From the NCBI GenBank assembly GCA_965287045.1, contig OZ336899.1, forward strand, positions 16,430,001 through 16,494,000: 64,000 nt of DNA, in the 5' to 3' direction. This stretch comes from Carcharhinus amblyrhynchos (taxonomy: Eukaryota). The translations under genes and the position numbers were made by a program. The number at the start of each line of letters is the position of its first letter. Position 1 is the first letter of the stretch. The notes under the pieces were generated by a model that saw only the letters and a program-made list of their open reading frames with translations, did no database searches and had not been told where the DNA came from. Of this stretch, positions 49,205 to 61,574 are shown piece after piece.

Positions 49205-49670
49205 CACTGCCTAGTGGAAATCAAGAGATGCAAAGCAGATTCACCAGGGCAATAACGGGGCTGAATTCTGAGAACAAGTTGCATGAACTTGACTTGTACT
49301 CTATTGAGTGGAGGAATAAGAGTCACCAGATTGAGGTATTTGAACTGTCAACACTAATTGGAAAGGGTAGATACAAATGAACTATCATCTTGGTGCAGGA
49401 ATCAAGAATGAGGGGGCCTTAAAATTAGAGCAACTCATTTAGGAAGGAAATCAAGAAGCATCCTTCCACACAAGGTGCAGTGGACATTTGGAACTCTCTC
49501 CCACAAAAGGTTGATGCTGACAGTTGTTCAGAGTTTTCAACGTTTTCGTTAGGTGAGAACGTCAAGGGGTATGGAGCTAAGATGGATAAATGGAATTGAG
49601 GTACAAAGTAGCCTGATGGAATTGATTGGCGCAACAGGCTTGAGAGATTGAATAACTCCCTCTTGTAGTT
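49205..49670 (+). mobile_element. Old CR1 3' fragment
   Basis: MQSRFTRAITGL, AAGAATGAGGGGGC, TTTGGAACTCTCTCCC and tail. Confidence 0.7.
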
Positions 49671-50024
49671 ATTCCCTTACACCAAGAATTATTCAACACC
49701 AAGTTCAATCGCTTGTCTGTGCTGACATTGTCCATCTCAGCCAGGTTGGCAGTCAAGGTTCAGGGCCCCAATATTAGGAAGGGGAAACAATGAAAGTGAC
49801 AGCAGTGTGTTGGGAGGTCACTGCGCGTTCCCATTTCTTAATCTTATCCAGGATCATTATGCAAAGCGCAATGACTAAGCAGAAGGTAAAGGAAAGGTGA
49901 AGTGTGTGGGGTTCAAAAGAACAGATCATGACGATGGAACTGAAATCCAGCTTTAGGTGGGGACTTCAGGACAGGAGTTGGGAACTCTAAAAAACCTAAC
50001 TACCAGTGGTGGTCCCTGCACCAG

Positions 50025-50635
50025 TTAACTATCAGTGGAGGTCACTATATCATTTAACTATCGGTGGAGATCCATGTACTGTTTAACCATCAGTGGAGTT
50101 CCCTGTACTGTTTAACCATCAGTGGAGATCCATGTACTGTTTAACTATCAGTGGAGATCCCTGTACTGTTTAACTATCAGTGGGGCTCCCTGTACTGTTT
50201 AACTATCAGTGGAGATCCCTGTACTGTTTAACTATCAGGGGGGCTCCCTGTACTGTTTAACTATCAGGGGGGCTCCCTGTACTGTTTAACTATCAGGGGG
50301 GCTCCCTGTACTGTTTAACTATCAGGGGGGCTCCCTGTACTGTTTAACTATCAGTGGAGATCCCTGTACTGTTTAGCTATCAGTGGAGTTCCCTGTACTG
50401 TTTAACTATCAGTGGAGTTCCCTGTACTGTTTAACCATCAGTGGGGCTCCCTGTATTATTTAACTATCAGTGGAGATCCCTGTACTGCTTAACTATCAGT
50501 GGGGATCCCTGTACTGTTTAACTATCAGTGGGGATCCCCGTACTGTTTAACCATCAGTGGAGATCCCTGTACTGTTTAGCTGTCAGTGGAGATCCCTGTA
50601 CTGTTTAACTATCAGTGGGGCTCCCTGTACTGTTC
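50025..50635. repeat. 29-bp minisatellite, ~21 units
   Basis: Unit CTGTACTGTTTAACTATCAGTGGAGATCC; a run of four GGGGGGCTCC variant units in the middle. Confidence 0.95.
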
Positions 50636-50816
50636 GAATTGAACCAGCAGATTTTGTCATCGCAATTACAAATCAGCACAACATTACTTCAGAAAGATTC
50701 TGGCATAAATCATTAATAGTACCTACAATATCAAAGGACAGCTAAAATCCTGGGACAGCTACAGAGTAGATTAGATGTAAAGTAAATTTCTCTCTATACT
50801 GTCCCAATCTAATACT

Positions 50817-51038
50817 GATGTGGAGATGCCAGCGTTGGACCGAGGTAAACACAGTAAGAAGTCTCACAATACGAGGTTAAAGTCCAACAGGTTTATTTGG
50901 TAGTAAAAGCCTCTAGCTTTCGGGGTTAGCCCCTTCGTTAGGTGAGCTGACTTGACGAAGGGGCTCACCTGACAAAGGGGCTAACCCCAAAACCTGTTGG
51001 ACTTTAACCTGATGTTGTGAGACTTCTTACTGTGTTTA
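50817..51038 (-). mobile_element. Short inverted Penelope-like terminal element inserted in a satellite monomer
   Basis: GATGTGGAGATGCC...GTAAGAAGTCTCACAA..AAAGTCCAACAGG and its reverse complement. 14-bp duplication CCCAATCTAATACT at 50803-50816 and 51039-51052. Confidence 0.85.
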
Positions 51039-51164
51039 CCCAATCTAATACTCCCAGGAGAGGTACAGTTTCAGTCAACTTACAACCAGAATCACCATAG
51101 AACAAGCCATTGGCTTGGCTCAAAGTGCAAGTTCCTGTGCAGTGACTGATATGTGGGTGTCCTT

Positions 51165-51390
51165 TAATATGGATTGTCCTGGTTCTCCCGGCGGTGTACT
51201 GTGCCCTACACAATTTGGCACTGCAAAGGGAAGTGAAGCTGGTCCCAGAAGAAAATATGGAGTGCCCAGCATTCTTGAAGGAGGAGGATGAAGAGGAGGA
51301 ACAGAAACATCCAGATGTGCTGCTGATGCCTAGTGCCATGGAGTTACCTGCCTATGAATCCTGGGACACTCTCATTCAGGCAATGCTTCC
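51165..51390 (+). mobile_element. PIF/Harbinger transposase C-terminal remnant
   Basis: VYCALHNLALQR followed by an acidic tract (EEDEEEE) and WDTLIQA, resembling the HARBI1-family CxxLHN motif and tail. Confidence 0.65.
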
Positions 51391-52054
51391 GCTGAGTGCA
51401 CTGTGTAACAGCACTGCACTCCTGCCATCTCAACCCTGGTGGCAGCAATTGTAACCCCACCCACCATGCCCCTCCCAACAAGCAATCTACTTACCACAAA
51501 GATACATCCACCCAGGACACCCTGAACCTCCCATTGTCATCTTAGTGTCTCCTACTATTCACCTGCAATCACCTTCTCATGATCGATGGACAATGAAACA
51601 TAATGATCCCATGGCATTGATCAAGTCACAAACTCCCATGCTTTCATTGAAATAAACATCATCTGTGAGACAATTGTCAATGTATCAGTAATTGCATCCT
51701 TTGGCGATGGCATTGTTAAACCAATCGCATTGTTAGAGATAGCTGATGATCATTGGCTTAACCGCACACTGAGTAGAAATGGACACAGCTGGGACAGTTG
51801 GTTGTGGAGAAGCAGACTGTCGCTACATTGAGCTGCTCTGAGGATAAACTTGTTTAAGGTAAAAGGCAAACTCCAGACTTTCACTATAAACTAATACTGG
51901 AATAACAGCTTTGCACTGGGTACCCAAGTGATTCCCTTTGGGTAACTATGTCCATTTCTGCATGCTCTGAAGAATAGCTACCAGCTGAGAGTTGCCTGGC
52001 ATTCACTTTGAGGCTCCTCATCTCCTCGGTGAGCTCCGGTGTCAGTTGCTTTGC

Positions 52055-52395
52055 TGGTAACACTCTTGCCACTGAGTCACAAGGTTCTAGGTACAAGTTC
52101 CATTCCAAGGTTTGAGAATAACACCTGAGGCTGAAGCTCCAGAACATTGCCTGTCCTTCAGGTGAGAAGTCCGAAAAGCCGAGGCCCCCATTGCCTCCTG
52201 GCCAACATCTATCTGGTAATCAATGTCACAAAAACAGATTGTCAGCTCATTATCAGTTAGTGGGGGCTTGTTGTGTTCAAATTGGTGTCTCCTCCATTAT
52301 AGCAGTGACTATACTTCAAAAATATACCAATTGAAAAGCGCTTTAAGAAGTCCAGAGGTCATGACAAGTGCTATATAAATACAAATCTTTCTTTC
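52055..52395 (+). mobile_element. Deu-domain SINE (SacSINE1-like)
   Basis: GGTAACACTCTTGCCACTGAGTCA head, AAAAACAGATT...CAGTGACTATACTTCAAA, tail GCTATATAAATACAAATCTTTCTTTC. Confidence 0.7.
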
Positions 52396-53804
52396 TCCAG
52401 CCCAACCTGTTTGGTGAGGCTAGCTGACCCCCTCCTTTCATCCTCTGCGAAACGTGACCGCTTCCAACATCACCTCCAGAGGGGAAGCATTGTGAAAGTG
52501 AGAGTTGTCCTACTCAATCTCCCAGTCATTCTCCACCTTTTATATGCTTCCGGTGTGAGAGTTGCAGCTGTACTTTTTAAAACTAATGTTGTCTTCATAT
52601 TTCAGACTATTCAGCCCACCCACTCCTCCTAATTGGACAGAAATCCTAGCAGCAGCTCTTCAATGTCTGATCCCTGGAAATAGAGAAATAGGAAAGCTCA
52701 TTGATCGGAGGTTCATATTCCCAATCCAGAAATGGATTCTGTCATTGCGCTGGAGACTCAGTCAATGAGATTCCACCCAATGCCTCAGGCCTTTGACCTG
52801 TCATCAGACTGGAAGCTGATCAAGCATCAGTCTGAGCTGGACTCGAACCTTTCACACAGATTGATTAGAAGAACATACTTCCATGTACACAAACACTTTT
52901 CACTAATTCACCATTGGAGTACTTTTAAGTGTAGTCACTGTTGTAATGTAGGAAACACAGCAGCTAATTTGTGCACAACAAGATCCCTCAAATTAGTCAA
53001 ATGATCAAATCCTCCTCTTATTCAAATAGCATCCTTGAGTATTTAAGGGTAACTGAACCACAGCTTCTTCTGTGATTCTACAATGGGGCTGGGTGAGGAG
53101 GCAGCTCAAGCAGACCTGAGCCAGGATGGAGACCAAACACCACACTCCCGGCATTATTCTGAACCCCACACTCCCGCTGGCTGAGCTAACCAAGAAATGG
53201 AGCAAAGTATTGAGTTGATGGGTTTTGATGTGAGAGGCGGTGGGAAAGCGGCTGGTTGTAAGTTGCAAGGTTAGTAGTAACTCCAGCCTTGTCAATCTGC
53301 TTTCTGCTGTATACAAATCAACACTGGAAACTCTTTCAATACCCCACCTGAGGGCCTAACTTCCAAACCAACAAGAGGCAATATTCTTTGCCTCCGTCCA
53401 CAATAAGGAAGGAAGCACATGATCACATAGTGTAAAGAAACGCAAGTCTGTGTGAATGATTTCTTTGTGGAGTTTGCTAGAGGCAGGACACTGACACCAT
53501 TGTGCTAGCCCCAGACAACTCATCATCTCCATACTGCCCCAGGCTCAGGGACACTCTGAACATGTGAGTGAAGTTCAAGACAGAAGTCATGTTCTGACAA
53601 CAAGTACCACCAACTAAGCAATGCAATGGTGACAGTGGCTCCAAATTGAGAGATAAATCTCTTCTCAATCCTGATCCTGAAACGTTGACTCCTTTGGAGG
53701 AGAGGAACGGGATTAGCTTCCCTGGTGAAATAGCCTGTTGACACTTTCACTCAGCTCAACAAGAACCCGCAGTTAGCTATAGTACTTCAGTGGACATAAA
53801 GACT

Positions 53805-54175
53805 GTATCCTAGCCTGAGATTGTATCCCAGTTTGCAACTGTATCCCAGCTCACGACTATGTCTCAGCATGATACTGTGCCCCAGCTTGCAACTGTATCC
53901 CAGTTTGCAACTGTATCCCAGCTCACAACTGTATCCCAGCTTGCTACTGTGTCCTAGCTTGCAACTGTATCCAACTTGCAACTATATCCCAGTTTGCGAC
54001 TGCATCCCAGCTCATGACTGCGTCCCAGCTTGCTACTGTGTCTTAGTTTGTGACTGTGTCCTAGTTTGCTACTGTACCCTAGCTTATGACTGCGTCCCAC
54101 CTGGCGACTGCATCCCACCTGGTGACTGCATCCCAGATTGCAACTGTATCTCAGTTCGAAACTGTATCCTAAACT
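53805..54175. repeat. Degenerate 18-bp minisatellite, ~20 units
   Basis: Unit CAACTGTATCCCAGTTTG with gradual drift along the array. Confidence 0.88.
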
Positions 54176-54624
54176 ATGGAGAGAGGAAAGTTGAGAGAAA
54201 TGAGCTTAGTTTCTGCTATATTCCAACTTCAGTGATTATACAGAGAGTAATTGATAAATAGGAGTAATTGCACAGAGAACAATATGGGCTCAGGGGTCCA
54301 TATATTTTCTCATGATAGCAGCACTGAGGGTTTATCGAATAATCAATCACTGTATCTGTTAGCAATAACAGCACCTAACTTTAACTTTCTCCAAACCTGT
54401 CCCTCAGGTTCTGTAAGCGCTGGGGATTGTTTTCAGCAGTTCCAAACTACCCACTAATTATTCATCTTACAAACCATTAGACTAAATTAACTGTTACCCG
54501 AGACAGTGGCTGATGGTGGGAGAGTAAAGGGGGTTGGGGGAAAAGGGAGGGGGGGGGGGCTGCTGCTGAATATGGAAAGTGCCAAAACTAATCATAAGCC
54601 TCATCTTAGTCAAATGCATTTCAT

Positions 54625-55690
54625 TGTGAATCACTGAACTGTGATCAGGAGAAGGAACCCTGCCTAATTCCCTCTCTCTCTAACCCAGTGTGAATCACTG
54701 AACTGTGATCAGGAGCAGGAACCCTGCCTGATTCCCTCTCTCTCTCTAACCCAGTGTGAATCACTGGACTATGATCAGGAGCACGAACCCTGCCTGATTC
54801 CCTCTCTCTCTAACCCAGTGTGAATCACTGGACTGTGATCAGGAGCAGGTACCCTGCCTGATTCCCTCTCTCTCTAACCCAGTGTGAATCACTGGACTAT
54901 GATCAGGAGCAGGAACCCTGCCTGATTCCCTCTCTCTCTAACCCAGTGTGAATCACTGGACTATGATCAGGAGCAGGAACCCTGCCTGATTCCCTCTCTC
55001 TCTAACCCTGTGTGAATCACTGGACTGTGATCAGGAGAAGGAACCCTGCCCGATTCCCTCTCTCTCTAACCCAGTGTGAATCACTGGACTATGATCAGGA
55101 GCAGGAACCCTGCCTGATTCCCTCTCTCTCTCTAACCCAGTGTGAATCACTGGACTGTGATCAGGAGCAGGAACCCTGCCCGATTCCCTCTCTCTCTAAC
55201 CCAGTGTGAATCACTGAACTGTGATCAGGAGCAGGAACCCTGCCTGATTCCCTCTCTCTCTAACCCAGTGTGAATCACTGGACTGTGATCAGGAGCAGGA
55301 ACCCTGCCCGATTCCCTCTCTCTCTAACCCAGTGTGAATCACTGGGCAGTGATCAGGAGCAGGAACCCTGCCTGATTCCCTCTCTCTCTAACCCAGTGTG
55401 AATCACTGGACTATGATCAGGAGCAGGAACCCTGCCTGATTCCCTCTCTCTCTAACCCAGTGTGAATCATTGGGCAGTGATCAGGAGCAGGAACCCTGCC
55501 TGATTCCCTCTCTCTCTCTAACCCAGTGTGAATCACTGGGCTGTGATCAGGAGCAGGAACCCTGCCTGATTCCCTCTCTCTGTAACCCAGTGTGAATCAT
55601 TGGGCAGTGATCAGGAGCAGGAACCCTGCCTGATTTCCTTTCTCTCTAACCCAGTGTGAATCATTGGGCAGTGATCAGGAGCAGGAATCC
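54625..55690. repeat. 64/66-bp minisatellite with an internal (CT)n, ~17 units
   Basis: Unit GTGTGAATCACTGGACTGTGATCAGGAGCAGGAACCCTGCCTGATTCC(CT)nAACCCA. Confidence 0.96.
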
Positions 55691-56429
55691 TGGTGGATTT
55701 ATCTCATCTTAAAATCAGGAGTACTGAAGCCAATTGATGAAGCGGCTGTCTGTCCACAGGCAGAGATTAAGAATCACAAATAAACATATCCTGTAAGCAA
55801 GACCACAGGAGATCACCAATGTGCTAAAATTAATTAGAAAGCTTTAACTTTATTTTTTGTGAGCCCTTTCTTTAAAGATCTCCTATTTCCTCAATGTCCC
55901 TTTGATTGAATACATCTTGTAATTTCACACCTGGGGACTGTGTCCACTGCGTAGTTGTGACGGTAAACAAATCAGAATCTCTTCCTGCCATGGAGTAGCA
56001 GAAATGCCATGTGACAAAGTGTGACAAAAGGACTATCAATCCCGTCACACCATTCAAATGGAGTTAAAGATAAAATGGCAGTTCATTGCCAATGCTGTAA
56101 ACATCTTAAATGCCACTGAATCCGTCTCACTTGAGTTTGAGATATTTACTGAGACACCACAGCCGTTAAAGTTCAAACTGCTCCACTCTCAATCTTAATT
56201 TTCCCTTTCAGCAGATCTCGTGATGAGCCTCCTCAGGGCTGCTATCTGCTTCCAATAGAGGCTCTTTCCCTCCCTGTGGAGCCTCTGATCCACTTTCTTG
56301 GGGCAGTTTTGTAGTTACTGCCTCCCTCTCCCAAAAAAGCCTATCCTAATAAATGAGCTTAGGCAATGAGTATTGGCAAGCTACTCAGCCATGGGATTAT
56401 CTTACCAAGTCAAATCTTCTTTCACTTCA

Positions 56430-57110
56430 CACATGCACACTTGCACACAGTTCCACATATAAATCTATATATCTATACATATAGACAAACACACTCATGC
56501 ACACACACATACACACACTAATATTGACACATCCTCAAACACATCTACACACATACATAAATGTAAGCTCATACAAAGATACACATACAAATGTACACAC
56601 AGATACAAAGATACATACATTCACACACATACACACATATACATACAAATATACATACAGATGCGTACACACACACAAACACACAGATACATATACAGAT
56701 ATACACATACAGACATGCAAATCTATACAGGCACACACACATACACACAAATATACACACATAAACAAACACTTATATAAATATACACTCCATAAAGATA
56801 CATACATAAATATAAACACATAGACATAGATACATTCACACACATAAAAACATACACGAATTGACACATGTATACAAATACACATATACATGCACAAACA
56901 TACACACAAATGCATAAATACATATGCACACACACACACATGCATATATATTCACACGAATATACATACCTATAAATTTATATGCACAAATATGTACACA
57001 CATGCACATATATTCACTCACACACAGATACACACATATAAACTTAAACACATACACAATTATAGACTCTCACACAGACACAAATATGTATACACATACA
57101 TCTACACAGT
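56430..57110. repeat. Degenerate (CA/TA)n low-complexity tract
   Basis: Alternating CACA/TACA/TATA; explains the His-Thr and Val-Cys ORFs. Confidence 0.92.
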
Positions 57111-58050
57111 TCAAGTATGAACAAAAGAGCTGAACTCCAGAGGTGAAGTGAGAGTGACAGCCCGTGACATAAAGACAGGATTTGACAAGTATGGCATCAG
57201 GAGCCTGAGCAAGACTGGAGTCAATGGGAATCAGGGGAAAATCCTCCGCTGGTTGGAGGAAAATGGTGTGGTTGTTGGAGGTCAATCATCTCAGTTCCAG
57301 GGCATCTCTACAGGGTAGTGTCTTAGCCCCAACCATCTTCAGCTGCTTCATCAATGACCTTCCTTCCAACATAAGGGCAGAAGTGGAAATGTTCACTGAT
57401 GATTGCACAATGTTCAACATCGTTTGTGACTCTTCAGACACTGAAGCATTCTATGCTCAAATGCAGCAAGACCTGGACATTATCTAGGATTGGGCTGACA
57501 AGCGTCAATGACCATTTCCAACAAGACAGAATCTAACTAATTCCCCTTGACATTCAATGGCATTTCCATCATTGAATCCCCCGCTATTAACATTCTGGAG
57601 GAGGACAGCTCCATCAACACTCAAGAAGCCCAACACCACCCAGGAGAGAGCAGCCCACTTGATTGGCATCCTGCCCACAAACATCCAGTCTCTCACATAG
57701 TGGCAGCAGTATGTACCATCTACAAGATGCACTGCAGGAAGTCATTGAGGTTCCTTAGATAGCATCTTCCAAACTTGCAACAATTACCATCTAGGAGGAC
57801 AAGGGCAGCAGGTACATGAAAATTCCCCTCAAAGTCACTCACCATCCTGACTTGGAAATACATTGGCTGTTGGCTGTTTCTTCCCTGTTGTTGGATCAAA
57901 ATCCCAGAACGTCCTTCCTAAAGCACTGCGAGTATATGTCTACACCACGTGGCCTGCAGCGGTTCAAGAAGGCAGCTCAACACCACTTTCTCAAGGGATG
58001 CATAATAAATGCTGGCCTAGCCAGCGATGCCCACATCCCGGTAATGAATT
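57110..58050 (+). mobile_element. Decayed L2-type LINE RT and 3' end
   Basis: QGSVLAPTIFSCFINDLPS..MFTDD, homologous to 43480-43990; tail AATAAATGCTGGCCTAGCCAGCGATGCCCACATCCC. Confidence 0.85.
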
Positions 58051-58089
58051 GCAAAATATACACAGGGAGAATTAATTATATGGAATCAC

Positions 58090-58700
58090 CAACATAGAAA
58101 TCTGCCATTCAGTCCAACCACTCTATGCTGGTAATTTTACTCCATCTGCTCCCTTCTACCTATTTCATCTCAGCCTTATAACATGTCTTTCTATTTCCTT
58201 TTATCTCATTTACTAGCCAAATTTTCTCTTGAAAGCACCTAAGCTATTTGCTTCGATCATTTCCTGTGGCACTTTTTTCGAGTTCCACATTCTAACTGCT
58301 GACTGAGAATAAACATTTCTTTTTATTTCCCAACTGAATTCATTAATATCTTTCTTATGTCTATGGCCCCTAGTTTTAGATTCTTCCACAAGTGGAAAAT
58401 TCTCTCCATTTCTACCCTGTCCAACCTCAAAGACCTTCTCTTTTCTAAAGATAAATGTTCAAGCCTGTGTAGTCTTTCTTGTCAGCCTGCATCTCAGTTT
58501 TGCCACCAGTCTTGGTCTTTTCCAATGTATCTATATCATTACTATCGTTTGGAGATCAGAACTATTCCACTAAGTGTGGCCTCACAAGGGTGAGGTTTAA
58601 CATAACTTCACTACTTTTGAATTCTATTCACCAGGAATAAATCAGTACGTTGTCAACATTTCAATTGCTTTGTTAGCCTGTGATGGTGCTTTAATGATTG
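58090..58700 (-). mobile_element. Old CR1 3' fragment
   Basis: GCCATTCAGTCCAACC..., GAGTTCCACATTCT and GCCCCTAGTTTT are reverse complements of the CR1 tail, WNS and TRG motifs. Confidence 0.6.
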
Positions 58701-61574
58701 GTTCTCCTCTATCTGGATTGTTTTGTTCTTCCTACCTCATTCAGTTTCCTATTTTCTCTTTGTTCTAAATATAGATTGGCACTGGTTGGCACAGGCTGTC
58801 ACTGAATGGCATGTGCTGATTCTGCCTAACATAGGTGCACAGACCATCATTAATTGGCATTGGGTATCATTGTCTACCATCAGCTATCATGTACAAGTGC
58901 ACACATATCATTGACTTTGTAAAGTTAGCTATGACCAGTCAATGGTAATCAATGATAGACAGTGTTGGGCAACACCAGCCCAGGCCAATCAGTGATGGCC
59001 CATGTCAGCCAGTATCAATCAATTGTAACCAGTGCCACCCAGTCAGTACAATCCGGTGCCAGCCGTTGCTAGTCTATGTCAGCCAGTGTAGAGCAATGCT
59101 GATCAGTGAAACCCAATGGCAGCCAGTGATAACCAGTGCCAACTCAATGATATGACTCAACCCATATCATTGAGTGTCAGTTAATGTTAATCTGTGTCAT
59201 TCAGTACCAGCCAGTGTTAGACCATTCCCTTCCAGTACTGTGGGTGTATCTACACAGGATGGACTGCAGCAGTTTAAGAAGAAGATTCACTATCACCTTC
59301 TCAAGGGCAAAAATGCTGGACCAACCAGTGATGTTCACACCCCATGAAAGAGTTTCAAAAAGATTCCAGTCAATGCCAGCTAGTTTCATCCACTGTCATT
59401 GATGGATGGGGGAGGAGTGGTAGGGAAGGAGGGCAGTATAGGTTAGTGTTGTGGGGGTGAGTGAGCATTCCCAACCTACCTGCCCGGAATGTTTTGGACG
59501 TGTAATGTAGGTCACTGCCTGCAGTGTTTGGAAATAAACAAGGCTGTGGGTTACAGCTCACAGCAAAGCTGGCTTGCTGGATAATTATCACATTCTTTCA
59601 ACATTCCTTTCTTTCCGCTTACACATTCTCAAAGACACAAAAGTTATCAGAGTGTCCGATTAATCCTGGAGTTCAGACTGTGAAACCATTGTGTCAGTCA
59701 CAGTGCCTGTAGCCTTCAATATGAATACATCCAAGGCCCTCCTGAACAGCCGGGGCACACTGTGGTAGGGAATGCTCGCTCACTCCACATCAAACCCCAC
59801 TGTCTCCCCACTTACTCCTTCATCAGATGAGAGCTGCCACTGACAATTTTCTTTTTCAATCAAGAATTTGACTGAAATTGCAAATATGATTATAATGACA
59901 TCCTGATCTGGTTTCTCATTCAAAAACTCTTGAGGCGACAATGATTTAATCATTTGATAATGGTCTGGTAGTGTGGGATTAAGGACGGATCATTGGCGAG
60001 GAATATCGATAGCACTGGATTCACTGATTACTGGTGCCTCGCTGGCATGTGAATGGCAATCAGCATTGAAAATTGAAGAGAGCTGCAGCAAACAGGTTGT
60101 TAAACAGCTTCTTCGTAAACTGCCAAGAAGGATGTTGTCAGACTTTTTACCAAGAAGGATGAGCACATTGCCAGTGTCATCCCACCACTGTGTAATACTA
60201 AAATTAATTTTTGGGGATAGGGGCCCTTGCCAAAAAGGCTGATATTTATTGCCCACCCCTAGTTGGATGGGACTGACATTTCTCGTAAGATGTTGAACTG
60301 AGTAAGAATGCTTTTCCAAAAGGACATTAGTTTAATGAGCACAAGTCTTAGTGTGGGAGTTTGAATTCCCTTTAATCTGCTAGCAGGATTTACCCTTTCT
60401 CCTCTTTTCAGTTTGCAGAAGTACCAAACTATTCACCATTTTTTGGTTGTCTTTGGGATGTGCACATCACTGGTGAGGAGGGTATTTTTGTCCAAATCTA
60501 GTTACCCTGGGAAAGTGGGAGTGCCCTCTATAATAATTCCAGGAACCAGCTAGAAAGGAACAGTGCTTTACTGCACAAAATAAAGTAAAACCACAAGCCT
60601 GTGGTGAACACGAACAAGTCCCCACCAGGAAAGTACAATAATGGACCCAATCAGGGGCCTGCTTTGTCGAGGGCTCAGTATACGATTTCCACCAGGTAAG
60701 GTAATTACCAATCACCAGGGAACTCGTATTCAAGGTCAAACAGTGATTCCCCACTCAAGTCCTGGAGATTATTAAACTTTGCCAACCTTCACCGGAGCAG
60801 ATTTTGAGACAACTCAGTGGTCACTTCTAAAGGCAGTTACATGTGGAATATAATTCCCAGCATTGACCTGATGGGCTGAACGGCCTGACCCTGTGTGTAG
60901 AATTGCTGTAACATGATGTAAAAGTGCTATTCACAGAACCATTGCCGATGGGATTGCTGCAGTTTAAAGATGAATCCTGGCTGTAAATTAACTCCAGTCT
61001 CTCAGCTGAAGCTGTACGATGCTGTTTGAAGCAGTAATTTATTGCCCTGGTCATACTGTGACAGAGCGGGCCTCTGAGATGGTGGGAGGACAATGCCAAT
61101 CCTCAGTAACTACATCAAATCACTCTCAGGGACCACAGTCTGGAAATTATGATGCAGCTTCAGCAGAAACTTAAGGGTCTTGTTTATAAACATCAATTCC
61201 CAAGCACAGATATAGAACTGCCATTTTTACAGCTGTTTTTAAAGCTTTGCCCTTTGAGAAACAATTTTACTGTAAACCATTTAACAGTCAGAGTCTCACA
61301 GCCACTTCAAACACATGTGTGAAGAACATTAGCAGGTGTGTGAGGAAATCTGAGTTACTCACTTACATTTATTGCACAACGTTCCAGTCTTGTTGAAGTT
61401 TCTAACAGCCCAGGCAACACATTCACTGAGTCCTGAGTCTGATTGCTTTGATTTTTGGTGACTATTGTACTAATAAAGATGAAGGATGCTTAGAGAGTGG
61501 ACTGGGACATTCTCCATTACAGGCACATATTGAGAACAGGAAGCAGATACTTTCCACACATCTTTTTTCAGAGA

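Noticed and set aside
53821-54261. 146-aa Cys-rich repetitive ORF (keratin-associated or metallothionein-like look)
   Set aside because: Product of an 18-bp minisatellite. The peptide pattern changes at a 1-bp indel, the start is non-ATG, and there is no gene context.
56497-57133. His/Thr and Val/Cys-rich ORFs
   Set aside because: Translations of a degenerate CA/TA microsatellite.
58930-59220. Vague CAGCCAGTG/ATCA periodicity
   Set aside because: Too degenerate to define a unit; probably an old simple repeat.
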